64,000 nt of DNA from Eledone cirrhosa (taxonomy: Eukaryota), in assembly GCA_964016885.1 (NCBI GenBank), contig OZ024743.1:8866001-8930000 (forward strand). The letters run 5' to 3'. Under the pieces are notes generated by a model. That model was given only the letters and a program-made list of their open reading frames with translations, searched no databases and had not been told where the DNA came from. A program made the translations under genes and the position numbers. Each line of letters opens with the position of its first letter. Within the stretch, counting starts at the first letter, position 1. Shown in pieces: positions 1-13,700 of the stretch.

Positions 1-37
1 CCACCCTGGTGATATTGTTGAAGCTGGATCACTTGCA
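1..37 (+). CDS. SBNO: SBNO-like exon (partial): [12 protein letters not shown]
   Basis: Donor gtatgt at 38, phase 0. Confidence 0.85.
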
Positions 38-3000
38 GTATGTATCATATTTTGAATGTAAACTCTAAGGGAACAAAATTAAAACAAAAATATTTGTATC
101 CTCTATTTTTGTTTAAAGATATATTTCTTAGGCACAGGTGTGGCAATGTGGTTAAGGAGTTCACTTCGCAATCATGTGAATTATAGATATAACCCATCTC
201 GCCAGCTCCCACACAGACTCTGTCTACCCAGTTCCACTCACAAAGCATGGATCAATCCACAACTTTGGAAAATATACTTCCGAAGATGCTACACAGTGGG
301 ATACAGAACAGGAATTTCTTAACCACTCAACTATGCCTATATGTCTACAGTATTAACATATATCAAACAATTAAGTTGGGTTATATGTTTGCTGTAAGCT
401 AGATTTAACAACACACTTCAGAACATTTAATGGAACATTTCAGAACATTTAATATTTATGAGAAATTTTAGATTGGTAAAAATTTATATTGCTTTTATAT
501 CAGTTATATTTCTTTTGTAGTCATTATTACTTCCGGATGCTTGGTACCCTTTGACCAGTGTTTTTCCCCCTGAGAAGTTGAAAAGTGGACAATTAAGCAG
601 CCTCCAACTTGAAGGGATTCTCTATGCTGTAAGTAACCAAATCAGTCGCTTTAATAATCAATCATTATACCACCTCCCTGTGCTTATTTATTTAATTTAA
701 AAAAAAATTATATTATGAGTTTTAGTCATTAGATTCTGGCCATGCTTGGGCATGGCCTTTGCCATATTTATTGCATTTATATTTAGAAAAATTGAATCTG
801 CTTTCAATGATTACTATTTTAAATGTATGTGCATCAAACATGTGTGTGTGTGCGTATATATATTTTATCTTAGTGCACATATACCATGTTATTTCAGCAA
901 CTTTTTCCAGCATGAGCTATTTTGTTTCACTTCTACCTCTTCATTCTTTTAGTTGTGTTTGAGTGTATGTATGTGATAGATTTCTGCCTTTATGATGGTT
1001 TGTCTTTTTAATACACGTGCATACGAAATATAGAAGTAATTTATTAGCGTTGTATTGTTGAAATCAGGGGTTCATATTTGCTTATGCCACATTCCTAGTA
1101 ATAACATATTTTAGTTTCATCTGTGCATTCCTTGTTAGGAACACATGAAGTAAAAGAAGACTATGATCTGATGGAATATGAAGAGACTACTAATAAAAGG
1201 CTGTCATCCATTTAACCCTTTAGCATTTACATTACTCTATATATATTATTATAATTTTGTGGGAAAGGTTTTACCTCACTTAATATTGAATCTATGAGAT
1301 TTTGATATTATTTATTTTGGGAACAATACCTTAACATCAGCATAAGTGGGCATTTACGGCCGGTTTGAACAGCAAGAGGTAAGAGAATTCTGGCCGGATG
1401 CATCTGGTTTAAATGCTAAAGGATTAAACTGAAATAATAGTTTCAAGATTTGTATGATATTCTATGACTTATTTGCTTTTGTAGTGCCAGAAGCATCAAA
1501 CAGTCTTACCTAATGGGCACCGGGCTGGTTTTTTTATTGGTGATGGAGCTGGAGTTGGCAAGGGACGACAGGTGAGTATTATTATGTGACATTTTATTTC
1601 TTGTTTGAAATATTACCCTATCATTTCAGTTTATTTATTAATTATATTTATTTCCTTTTCATTGTTACTGTTTTTTTACATAAATCATTTTGCACTGGGA
1701 TATAACTGTTGTGATATTCAAATAGATAATTACAAAACATGATAAATGGCATAAGGTTTAGCAATTGTGGTTTCAACATTTCCTACTTTGTTGGAAATCG
1801 ATAACCTGTTTTATAGCAGCTCTTAGGAATATGTCTTGATTTTAAGATCATTCAACGCATTGCTACAAAAAATGTGAGTGGAGAAAACACATTTTCTATA
1901 TTTACTGGAAGAAAAATATATTGCGAATATATTGTTTTGATACTAGGCCATCTGAAATCAATCTGGGTTCTACAGTCACAAAGCTGCTTATTTTAAAGTG
2001 TTTATATTCATCTAAAATTTCCCATCATCATTTTATGTAAAGAAACATGTGTTCCAAACAGCAGCTTAATAATGATAGAAGTTATATTATTAAATCTCTC
2101 TGTATTGATTATTTTCTAAATTATTTGAAAATTATCGACAGTTTCTTTCATTAGAAATATGGTAACAAAAATGTTAATGCATTTAATATTTAACTACATG
2201 TGCTAAGAGGTATGTCAGAAACATTTTGAAATTGACATTAAATGTACTTAGCACTGGGATTTTACTGCCTTTTCTCATAACATATTTGTACTGTTTTAAT
2301 AATAATAATAATGAAATTATTGTGTAAAGTGCTGAGGTGCACTACAACTCGTCAAAGGTGCATGTATAGTACATAGAATAATACACAAATGTCAGGGAAG
2401 TGAACAGTGTATGAGTCATGATATACATGTGTGTATGTGTATGGAGAGGGAACATTAGCTGTAGTGTTGGTGGATCTTGGGAAGCAAGGAGGCCTTAAAG
2501 GATGCACTGTCTCGACAGCTAACAACTGATGCAGGTAGTTTGTTCCATGCTTCAGCAACTCTGAGCGTGAAAAAATGTTTCCGAAAGTCATAGGAGCTGT
2601 GCTGTTTTCTGACTTTGTGGGCATGCCCACGTGTGTTAGACACATGGAAATCAAAAAAGTACTCAGGGTTGTTGTTGGCAACATGGTTAACAATTTTGTG
2701 GGTGTTTACCAAGTCAGTTGCCAGGCGTCGGAGCTTCAATGTATCCATGCCCAGGGAAGCAAGGCGCTCAGAGTATGGTAGATGCCTGATGGAGGGTATT
2801 CGCTTGGTTGCACATCTCTGAACAGTTTCCAGGCGGTCAATGACTAGTACTTTGTATTTTCAGTTGTATTTTCAGTTGTTTTTCTTCTTTGGTTGAATGC
2901 AATATGAATTGAACTACAAACTTTGAATTTGAATAAGAAGGAAGACCATGTTTTTTGAAACGATATCTATCCAAAATATATAAATATAATTTAGAAAAAT

Positions 3001-6000
3001 GCTATTTATAATTAAGCCTTTAATCTTCTAATCCAGTGTATAATTTTTGATAAGTATGACTGAGTGGTTAAGAAGTTCGCTTTGAAATCATGAAGCAAGC
3101 ATTTTTACTATAACTTTAGTGCAAGTGAAATAGGGTTGATGGAAACAATGTGGAAACCTATCAGATAGGTCTAACCCATGCTAGCGTGGAAGATGGACGT
3201 TAAACGAAGATGATGATGATGATGTACCTGTAATTCAAAGAGCCAGTCTTGTTATTTATTATATTACACTGATTCTATCTGAGAATTACATTAACCCTTT
3301 AGCATTTACATTACTCTATATTTACTATTATATTTTCACGGTAAAGGCTTTATCTCACATAATATCGAAGCTATGAGATTTTGATATATATTTTGAGAAC
3401 AATACCTTCACGTCAGTATGAGCAGCTGGTTTGAACAGAAGGAGGTTAGAGAATTCTGGCTGGACATGGCTGGTTTAAATGCTAAAGGATTAAGGGTACA
3501 TATGTCTGTAGAATACTTCACTTGCACGTTAATTCACAAGTTGGACATTCAGTTGATGAAAGGAGTGACTGCTCATATTTAAAACTGACAGAAGATCCAT
3601 CATCATCATTTTTTAAGTATATTTATTATCTACATAAAAGTTTGACTTATGTTTTTTGTTTTTATTCCAGGTATCCGGTATTATACTTGACAACTACTGC
3701 CGGGGTCGTCTGCGACATATTTGGTTCAGTATCTCTGCAGATCTTGTTGTTGATGCCAGAAGGTAAGACTTTTTTTCCAAGGATTTTTGTTGTTATTGTT
3801 TCTTTGCTACCAGGGAAAACAGATATTAATGATGATGTTTTACTGTTTTAATTATGTGACTGTGTCCTGTTTATAAGAGGTACACCATATTCCTGTTTGT
3901 CATAAAAGGTGATTAAAAGAGTTGGTACTGACATCCAGCTGTTATACCTTGCCTCAAAAACGACCCTATGTCAAACCCTTGCTTTAGCAGGGAAAAACAA
4001 CCTCAAAACGTTTATTGTGTTGTTGTTTATTGTTTTATTATATGATAGCAGTGGGTTTAATCTATTATAAAAGAATTAAAATCTTCAATTTTCTTTATAT
4101 CATAATTGTAAACCCTAAAGTGATGGAGTGTTAGAAATTCTAGCGTCCTAAACTAAATGTTCTTCAATATTTATCTGTCAATAAAATAAGCCCCAGTCAT
4201 GTATGAATTGATCTATATCACTATACTCTCACTGCAAAAATATGTAGTTTTGTAATTATATAAGAAAAATACCATTATCATAAATCTCTTCATGTACATT
4301 GATTTTATTCGCATTTAAATTGATTAATCTATTTCTAGTAATGAGATTATGCAGTATTTTTAACATTGTCTTGGAGTCAATAATAAAGATATCAACCTCC
4401 TGTTGGATATATTTAACTCTTTTGATACCAACCCAGCCCAAACTGATTATGTGGCTATGAAATAAAGCCACCCATTTTAAAGGATTCTTATTTCAATTAA
4501 AATCTTCCAACATTGTATTATCTAAGAAGCATATGTTAAATTACAACCAGTAATGAAATAAGTGATCATTTTAAGAAACATCCTAAAATTCTTAATTAAT
4601 TAATTGAAATAGTGTATTTTATTAGAAATATGACCTCGAAAACGTTAATGTGGTTTGAAATGTTGTATACTAATCATTATAGATAGCTAATATTCTGAAG
4701 TTTAGAATCACATCTGACTGAGACAATTAGAAACTGGTCTGGGAATGAGTATTGCAGCTGCTTGTTATTTGCTACCAGGCACATAATGCAACTTGAACTT
4801 AACATTATATTCTTTTTCATTTTTTGAAATTCTCTTTCTGGTTTCAATGATTGGACTGTGGCCCTGCTGAGTCAATACTTTTAAAGGTTTTTAGTCAATT
4901 ATATCAACCCCAATACTGTTATTAGGTATTTATTTTATTGATATCTATTTAATGGCTAAGTCCACTAAATCAATTTATTGACCTACTTTCACTGATATAC
5001 AGGCACACATGAACACATACATTCATTATGTATATATCCTCTTCATTGCCTGTCTGGATTCCTGACAGAAGATAGGCTTTGCACAGCAATCTTCCAACAA
5101 ATTCTTTTCAATTGCTTCCATGTCATTCCTGACATCTTTAATTCTTTTCTATAGGTATCTGCTAGATGATTCTTGGGCCTTCGTTTTCCCCTTTGAATTT
5201 CAATCCATGGCATGCCTTGGCAAACATCCTTCTAGTTTGTTTTTAACATATAGCCTATCCATCTCCACTTACAGACAACTATTTGTTGGTTTATGGGCTT
5301 CCGTTTGACTTTGCATTAGAGTTACTTAAAATTTCTGGCTATATGACAGTTAAGCTCCTTTTGAGGCACATGTTTGTGAACATTTGGAACTTTCTGAGAA
5401 TATTTGTATTAGTTGCCATGACTCTGCAGCAAGATGAGATGATTTTAATGTTTCTTTTAAAAATTCTCAGCTTAATACATAAAAACTGTTTTTGTTTTCC
5501 AGACAGGCTCCAAAATTTTGAAGGCTAGACTCACTTTTCTACATCCCACTTCAATGTTTTCCTCTGTATCTTTAGTTGTGGACACCATGGTTCATAGATA
5601 CATAGGATTTCACTTAATAATTCAACATGTGATTTTTGATCATGACAGAATCATGGGCATCACATATGTCTTTCCGACATTAATCTAGTCTCTTTTTTAC
5701 TATCTCTAAATATATATACAAGACGTTTGTCTAACCCATACCAGCATGGAAAGACAAAGATGTTACTCATAGATATTCTTTAATTTAGTAAGAATTTTAG
5801 AATGTATTAAATGTGCTTTTGTAATTTTTTTCCAGAGATTTGCGGGATATAGGCTGCCATATTAGAGTGATAGATGGCTGCAATGAACTTGACAGAAATA
5901 CTAGGTAAATGCTGTTTTCTTTTTTATCCTTTCAAAATTAGCTGCCTTTTAATGCAATGAATTCATGTTTTACTATACTAATCATTATCGACATAAAACA

Positions 6001-7699
6001 AGAAGGATTAACACGTTTCATTCCAACTTTTATTTCCTAAATTAAGATGTTGCTAAGATGCTATAACATCGAATCTATAAAGCTGTACTGTTTTGTATTT
6101 GTTTTGCAGAGTTTTTGGATTGTCACCAGATTTTAAGGAAGGAGTTGTATTTAGTACATATGCAACACTTGTCTCTTCAGTTCAGAGAGGTGGTAAGTAA
6201 TTTTAATGTGTATTAATATTTCAAAGTATGTGGTTAGATCTTTATTAATATATTGAATATATGAAAAAGTTAACATTTTATCCAGAGAAAGCATTGGACT
6301 AATTTTTAATTTTTCATTCTTAGAAGACAAATAAATTAAATATAGTTTTGCAGAATGGTTAAGAAAGCACTTTATAAATCAGAAATATTGGTTGATGTAC
6401 AAAATTGTGTTAGTGTGGACATAAGAGGTTCGTTGGATGGAAATTTAGGTGAATTGTAGGACAAGAGCTAGCTGGAATGAGGTAGTTAGATCAGATCATA
6501 GAATATTTAGTTTTGGATGTGATACCACATGGCAGGAAGATAAGACACATATTTAGTCTGTTTGTCATTCTTTTACCGGTTTTAGTCGTTGAGTTGCCAC
6601 CATGCTTAGGCACCACTTTCAAGAGATTTTGTCAATCTTTCAAAGCCAGTACTTATTTCATTCTAGTATTTATTTCATTGATCTCTACTTTTTGTTGCTG
6701 TCCCCAGATTTTCTCAAGTTCTTGGATGAAAAGTTTATAACTACATATATAATTATTTGTTCATGATCCCTGAAATATTTATGAAATTTAATTCCCCTGT
6801 ATTGCATAAAGTACTGCATTGAGGCAATGTTGATATTATTATTTTTATTTATTGGAGAGCAGTAGTTTGACAGAATCATTAAAGCACTGGGAAAAAGTTT
6901 TTGCAACATGGCCCTTTATGCTCTGAGTTAAAATTTTGAGGTCAGCTTTGTTCTTCAACCTGAGAAAAGTACTGAGGTTGATTTAATTGATTTTCTCCTT
7001 CCCCCTTCCTCTAAATTACTGGCCTTTATGCCTGTGCTAGAGACTATTATTTGTTGGGCGATTGATTGACAGAATTGTTAGTACCTCGGATGAAATGCAT
7101 TGCAATATTTCATGAAAGCTCTCTACAGTCTGCTTTCAAATCCTCCTTTTCCTCCTTTCTCATTTTTTATATTAATTTTTCTCCTCTATTTTGCTTTTTC
7201 TATTTTTTCTGTTTTCTTGTTACCCAGTATCGTATCAATTCAGCTACCCACAACTCAGAAAATGTTTTTATGAAGTAACTTTTATTTGTATTGCAGCTCT
7301 ACGTGGAGGTAGACAAAGTCGATTGCAGCAACTAATAAATTGGTGTGGAGGAAAAGATTTTGATGGTTGCCTCATCTTTGATGAATGCCATAAAGCGAAG
7401 AATTTTGTTCCTGTAGGTATCATTTTTTAAAGAAAGTATTGCCTTTGTATGTCTTATTTAGTTCATTGAAGGTTTTATTTTTTCTCTATCGTAGCATTTT
7501 CTTTGTGAATTCTTGGAACATATATGAATTCATTAGGATTTTTTTTCATACTGGATTTTAGACATTTATCTGTAAATTTTCAAAACAAGTTTTTCCAATT
7601 TAGAGCAAGTAATTTGTTTGTAAAATGTTAATTATTAGGGATATCTTTTATAGTCTGAACAGTTAATTTAGCTGTCTTTGAGGTTTGAGTATAATAGTA

Positions 7700-7758
<59 letters not shown>

Positions 7759-10700
7759 ACATTCATTAAAAATTGTTTGTACTAAATCTAAGTCATATAT
7801 ACTTGATTGATTTATAAATAACACACATATCCATTAAATATTAAAGAATGATTTTAGTTATGAAACTAATTATTTTAATGTGAATTATAGTGATTTATCA
7901 TTGCAACAGATTGATTAAACAATTTAGATGGAGATAATATTTTGATTACGTATGTTCACCTTAAGTATGGAATGAAATCAAAGACATACTCTATTATAGA
8001 TACATTATACATTTATATTATTTGTATCATATGGCCAGTATGTGTGAAGGCATGTGACTGAGTGGTTAGAGAATTGGATTCACAATCTTGAAGTTGTGGG
8101 TTCGATTCCTGGACCGGGCGATGCGTTATGTCCTTGAGCAAGACACTTTATTTCACATTGCTCCTTCTACCTGGAGTTGTGACTGATAGATAGTATTAGG
8201 AATTGGAAAGACCAATGGAAACATTGTTTCCTCGTTCCGATTTGACGAAAGTTGATCGATTATTTGTATGACATTGTTAAAATCCAGAGCCTTTTCACTC
8301 CTGTTGGAGGAACCTCTACCTGGTTGGCCTCCACTGCTTCCTATCTCTGGCCATATTGGGCCATGCGGGGCTGAAGTATCAGGTCAGATCATTGCATCCT
8401 CTTGCCTTTTGCTGCCTTCATGTTTTTCTCTACTGCCTTGGTGTCCACTCTAACTCTAATAGTCCATCTGTTGTCTCTGAAGCGAAGGACATGGCCAGCC
8501 CAACTATGTTTGCATTTGATGGTCTTGATTATGTCTTTCACACCAGACTGCTGTTGAATCCAGGTGATGCTGAGCATGATTAGCTCTATTTTACGTTGGG
8601 CCACTGCAAGAATTTCTGCAGTGGTGGTGTATGACATGACTTTTAAATAAATAATTTCAATTAGTATATATATTACTGATATATGTATATATTATTGATA
8701 TATGTATATATTATTGATATATGTATATATTACTGATATATGTATATATTATTGATATATTTAAGTTGGGCAGTTATATTTAAGTTGGCACATCTAAGTT
8801 GGGCAGTTACTGTACTCTTTTTTTCACTCAGTCCTGTGCAGCCACATGCACTTTTCATCTGCTTGCTGATATTATGCTCACATAAACAAAATGTCCTGCA
8901 GCATAGTGGTTCTATGTTTGTTTAGTGGTATAAACCATACTTTAAAAGAACAAAAAAGTTCAAGTTGGCATCAGGAAGGGCCTTCCACTGTAGTAAATCT
9001 ACCAGAAAAGTTTAATTCAAAATTATGTGTTTGGTGGTAGTGGGGTGTGAGCGCGTGTAGACAGGGCAGACGTCAAAACGATGATGTGATAATGCTTGTG
9101 CTTAGTAGCCTGTAACTATTTATTAGTAAGGACTACAGAGTTAAATAGGAAAGGGCCCTTAACTCTTGGAGCTGTTTGGCATTTTAAACTTGATGAAGCC
9201 CATCTCTCTCCAGGTCAGACTACAGTCAATTTTTTCTAGAGAAGGGGGAGATAAATACATTACTTGAAAAGATAAAAGGCAGAGTTGGCCCTAGCAGGAT
9301 TTGGATTCCGAGCACAGTGAACTGGAACTAATACTAAGGTATTTAACTTGGCTCCCTAACGTATCTGCTAATTTGTCGTTTTAGTTAGATGATGGGTATT
9401 AAATGTAAATTAATATCACACATTCTAATCTTTAGAATTTATATATATATGAAAAACAATGGGATCATTGAAGTGAATACAATGGATCAATGTATGATTT
9501 ACTGAAGTCAAATAAAAGTTGACCTCTTGCATTCTAGTGTTGGGGACGATTCCATAAATACCTTGCAGAAGGTTCCAAATTCTGATGGTTCTATGTGAGC
9601 ATCAGAAGTTGAAGTCAAATCAGCAGAAGTCATCTCCAACAATGGAATCAAAGATTTAACCCTTTTGTGATCATATTTCTAATGAAATAGACTCTCTTAC
9701 AATTACCATATATACTCATAGGGTTTGGATTTTTGCTCATTTCTCAAACATAAAATAGGGATTGACTTATACTTGAGTATATATGGTAATTAATGAAGAA
9801 TTTTGAGTGATTTACTAAAATTATCATTTCCTTACTAAGATAGGAACTTGACATATGGTCCTTATAGAAATGGTTTTGTTTCACAGAACAAGAACTGGTA
9901 TTTGGCTGAGTTGTTCGAAATTTACATTCTAATTGCTTTTGTTAAACTTTACAAGATTAAAAAAAATCTAAACATGGATTCTGCTAATTTTTGAAATGTG
10001 GACTGAAATTTTAATAGTGTAGTTAATTTTCATTTGTAATGTTTTTCTTCTGTTGTAGGGCCGTGAGCATGCCAGTACTAAAGTTGCTAACGCTGTTATG
10101 ACTATTCAAAGGTAAATTGACATTTAATTTCTAGATTCACTGACTGACACACTATCAGAGAAGCATAAAGATAATAAGATAATAATTTATTACCTTGAGC
10201 TCAGTTGTGAATGCACCATGGTTAAATGGTTAAGGAGTTTGCTTCACAATCATTCGTTTCAGGGTTCAAACCCACTGTGTGGCATCTTTGGCAAGTGCCA
10301 TTTTCTATGGCCTTAGGTTGACCCACCATGCCTTGTGAGTGAAATTGGTTAGACGGAAATTGGCTGGAAGTCCATTAGATGGGCTGTATCTGTAATTTCA
10401 AAGGGTTAGCCTTGCCACACACTGTCATGCTGAATCTCTGAGAATTATATTAAGGATACACATGTCTGTTAAATGTTCAACCACTTACATATTAATTTTA
10501 TGTGCAGGGTGCTCCATTGATTGAACAACTGGAACACTCAACATCAAAACCCATGGAGGTCTATTCCATGAACTCAATAATATTGATTACAAATATCATT
10601 TGAAAGCAAGTGGCAAGTAGTTAGCATGTTGGGCTCATGATCATAAAGTTGTGTTGTTTTTGAGTAATACACTTCATTTCAGATTGCTGCAGTTTCATTC

Positions 10701-13700
10701 AACTGAAAATGTTTACCAGTGGCAGCTGGGGTTAGCCCTACAATGGAGTGACATCACATACCATTCAAAACTCTCATTCGCTTAATGTCCATGAAAATTG
10801 AATAAGTTCCAAGCTTCATCCAACTTGTGCAAGCATGAAAAAATGGAAGTAAAATAACTCTGACCCTAACAAATATCATTCTCAGAAAACAGCAATAGAA
10901 AACTATTGGGATTGATGTTGCATTTTTTATTTAAATTATGCTATTTTCTCTTGTGCTTACGTACAATTTTGAAGTTGGTGAAAATCGGCAAAATATTGAC
11001 TTAGAATATAAGCTGACCCCATTTTACCATCAATGTTTTGTTTGCTTTTTCACATATTTCTCAGCTTATACATAAACGGTAATCCTCTGATTATTTCAGA
11101 CTTCTTCCTAAAGCAAGAGTCATCTATTGTTCAGCTACCGGAGTATCGGATGTGAAAAATATGGTAAGATACTTTACTTTTATTTCATTTATTCCAACAT
11201 ATCTCCACTTATTTTGTTCCTTTGTCATCTTTGTGAGGTTTATTTTCTTGAGATCAACTTTTACCTGCTCTGCCCATGAATTTCTTGGTCTTCCTCGTCC
11301 ATGGCTTCCTTCCACTTTGAACTCACTTCATCATCCAATGGTCGTCATCCATATACAGTACATGTCTGCACCAGTGCACCCTTCTCTCCTGTGCGCTACA
11401 TCTAATTCCTCTTATGCCCATTTTTTTCTCTCAGCTCATTCATGCTTCATCATTTATGCACACTATCATTATATGTACAATAGATTCATGTCTCTGTAGC
11501 TTTTACATATCCTATGCATTGTATGCCGATATAAATAATGATGATGATTGTGTATGTTTGTCATTATCATCATCATTTAACGTCCACTTTCCCTGGTAGC
11601 AAGGGTTGGCTTTTTACAGATTGCTGGTACAGACACGTGATTCATATGGCTACTTTTTAGTAGTTCCAAGTGGAAGGAAGCTGCAGAAAAGGAAGATGGA
11701 TAAACCGTGAGCAAAAATGGATCGAAACTGATCTCAGAGGGCTGAACCTCACAGAGGTGACAAAGAAATGTAACAAATGGAGGAAAGCTGTTCTGGAGAA
11801 GATCTTTCCAACCCATGTAAACATGAAACAATAGATGTGAAAATATCAATAGCATCTTTATTGCTTTTTTCCATATAAAATTGTTGTTTTTTTTATAACA
11901 CATGCACCATTTTATCTTATTTTTTTTTGTATATTCTTTTGCATTATTTTAGGCTTTCATGGAGAGACTTGGGCTTTGGGGAGATGGTGCACCTTTTCCA
12001 TCTTTTGAAAACTTTTTGGATTGTATGTCTCGAAAAGGACTAGGTAAATTTTATATTTATTTATTTTTAAAGCAGATTTAATTTTTCATTAGGAAATATT
12101 TTACCATTTTGTTGTAATACTTTCCATTGACTTGATTTGAGACCATGTGCAGATTTTATTTAAATTTATCTTATTCTAACCATGAGGTGAAGAAAAAAAA
12201 AATGAACTGAACACTTCTTGCATGTAGCACATTAATGTGGACAAAAATTGGACATAAAAATGATGATGATGGAATAGTTACAAACCATATTAAATATAGA
12301 TTGCTGGCTTGGTATTAGAGAAGTCTGCCATGTGTGATATGTTAAGTAGTCACTTTAGTGTAAGACATTGCTAAAATTGAAGATGATTTGAGAATTGGAG
12401 GTAGTTCTTATGTGAAGTGATTCAGTTATTTTTTAACTACCATGTCAGTGAGGATAGAGCGGACCAATGCCCAAAGACACCAATTATGATCATTCCAGTT
12501 TTTATTCAGACATTATGTAAGACTACATTATCTTATGTGTGTTTCTTTTTTAATATACTAAGGTGAGATTTGAGAGTGATTCAGTGGCTATTACTAGCAG
12601 ATTGAGTGACCTCATAGAGGCTCCCCATTTTAGTAGAACAAGGCATTGTTGATCTATCTTAACCCTGTAGTATTTACATTACTCTATATTTACTATTGTA
12701 TTTTCAAGGTAAAGGCTTTACCTCACATAATATTGAATCTAAGAGATTTTGATATTATTTATTTTGAGAACAATAGCTTAACGTCTGTATGAGCAACTGG
12801 TTATGGCTGGGTTGAAGAGAAAGAGGTGTGAAAATTCTAGCTGGATACAGCTGTTAAAATGCTAAAGGGTTAATCCTTATCCTAATTACTTGTAGATCAA
12901 ATGCTTAAAAAATGAAAATAATAAGATCAATTCAGATGTTTAAAAGTTATTTTTTTTTTTACTAACATCCACTTTAACCTTTTCACACAGGTGCAGCTGA
13001 AATGCTTGCTATGGAAATGAAATCATCAGGAATGTATGTTTCTAGAGGCCTCAGTTTTAAACAAGCAGAGGTAAATTTACATTTTAGTTTTGATAGATTT
13101 TATATTTATTTACCATATTCTTTTTTTTTCGATTTATAATATTGACATTAATGCCCACATAGTTTAAAATACATCAGTTTCTTTAGATTCTGTGAAAGGG
13201 TGAAAGTCAAGATTATAATCTGTTCAAAATAAATAAATAGAGACGAACACGGATATATATAACTATGTGTTCAAATAACAAGGGAGAGAAACTGCCAGGT
13301 AGTTGTCATGGTAGGTTCGTATATCTCAATTTATCCTTTTGACTGAGTTCTGTAAACCATACTATTTTAGTCAGTATTTTATTCACCCTAGTGGTTTCTG
13401 TCCCTTGTGATTTGAACACATTTAGTTATATATCTGAATTCGTCTCTCTTTACTGTATTATAAGGCTCGGAAAAATTTTTTTCCTTGAGCTATTTTGATT
13501 ATCGGGAACTATTGTGAGTTTTTAACTCACTATATACTTTTGATAAATAAATATATAATATTAAAATGTGTGTGTGTGCGCACAGGCACACACACACACA
13601 TGCAAACAAACAATACATACATAAATACATACACACATATATAATATTTATTTCATTACATTTTATTTGAATGCATTGTCAGAAAGAAGGTGTTATTAAG

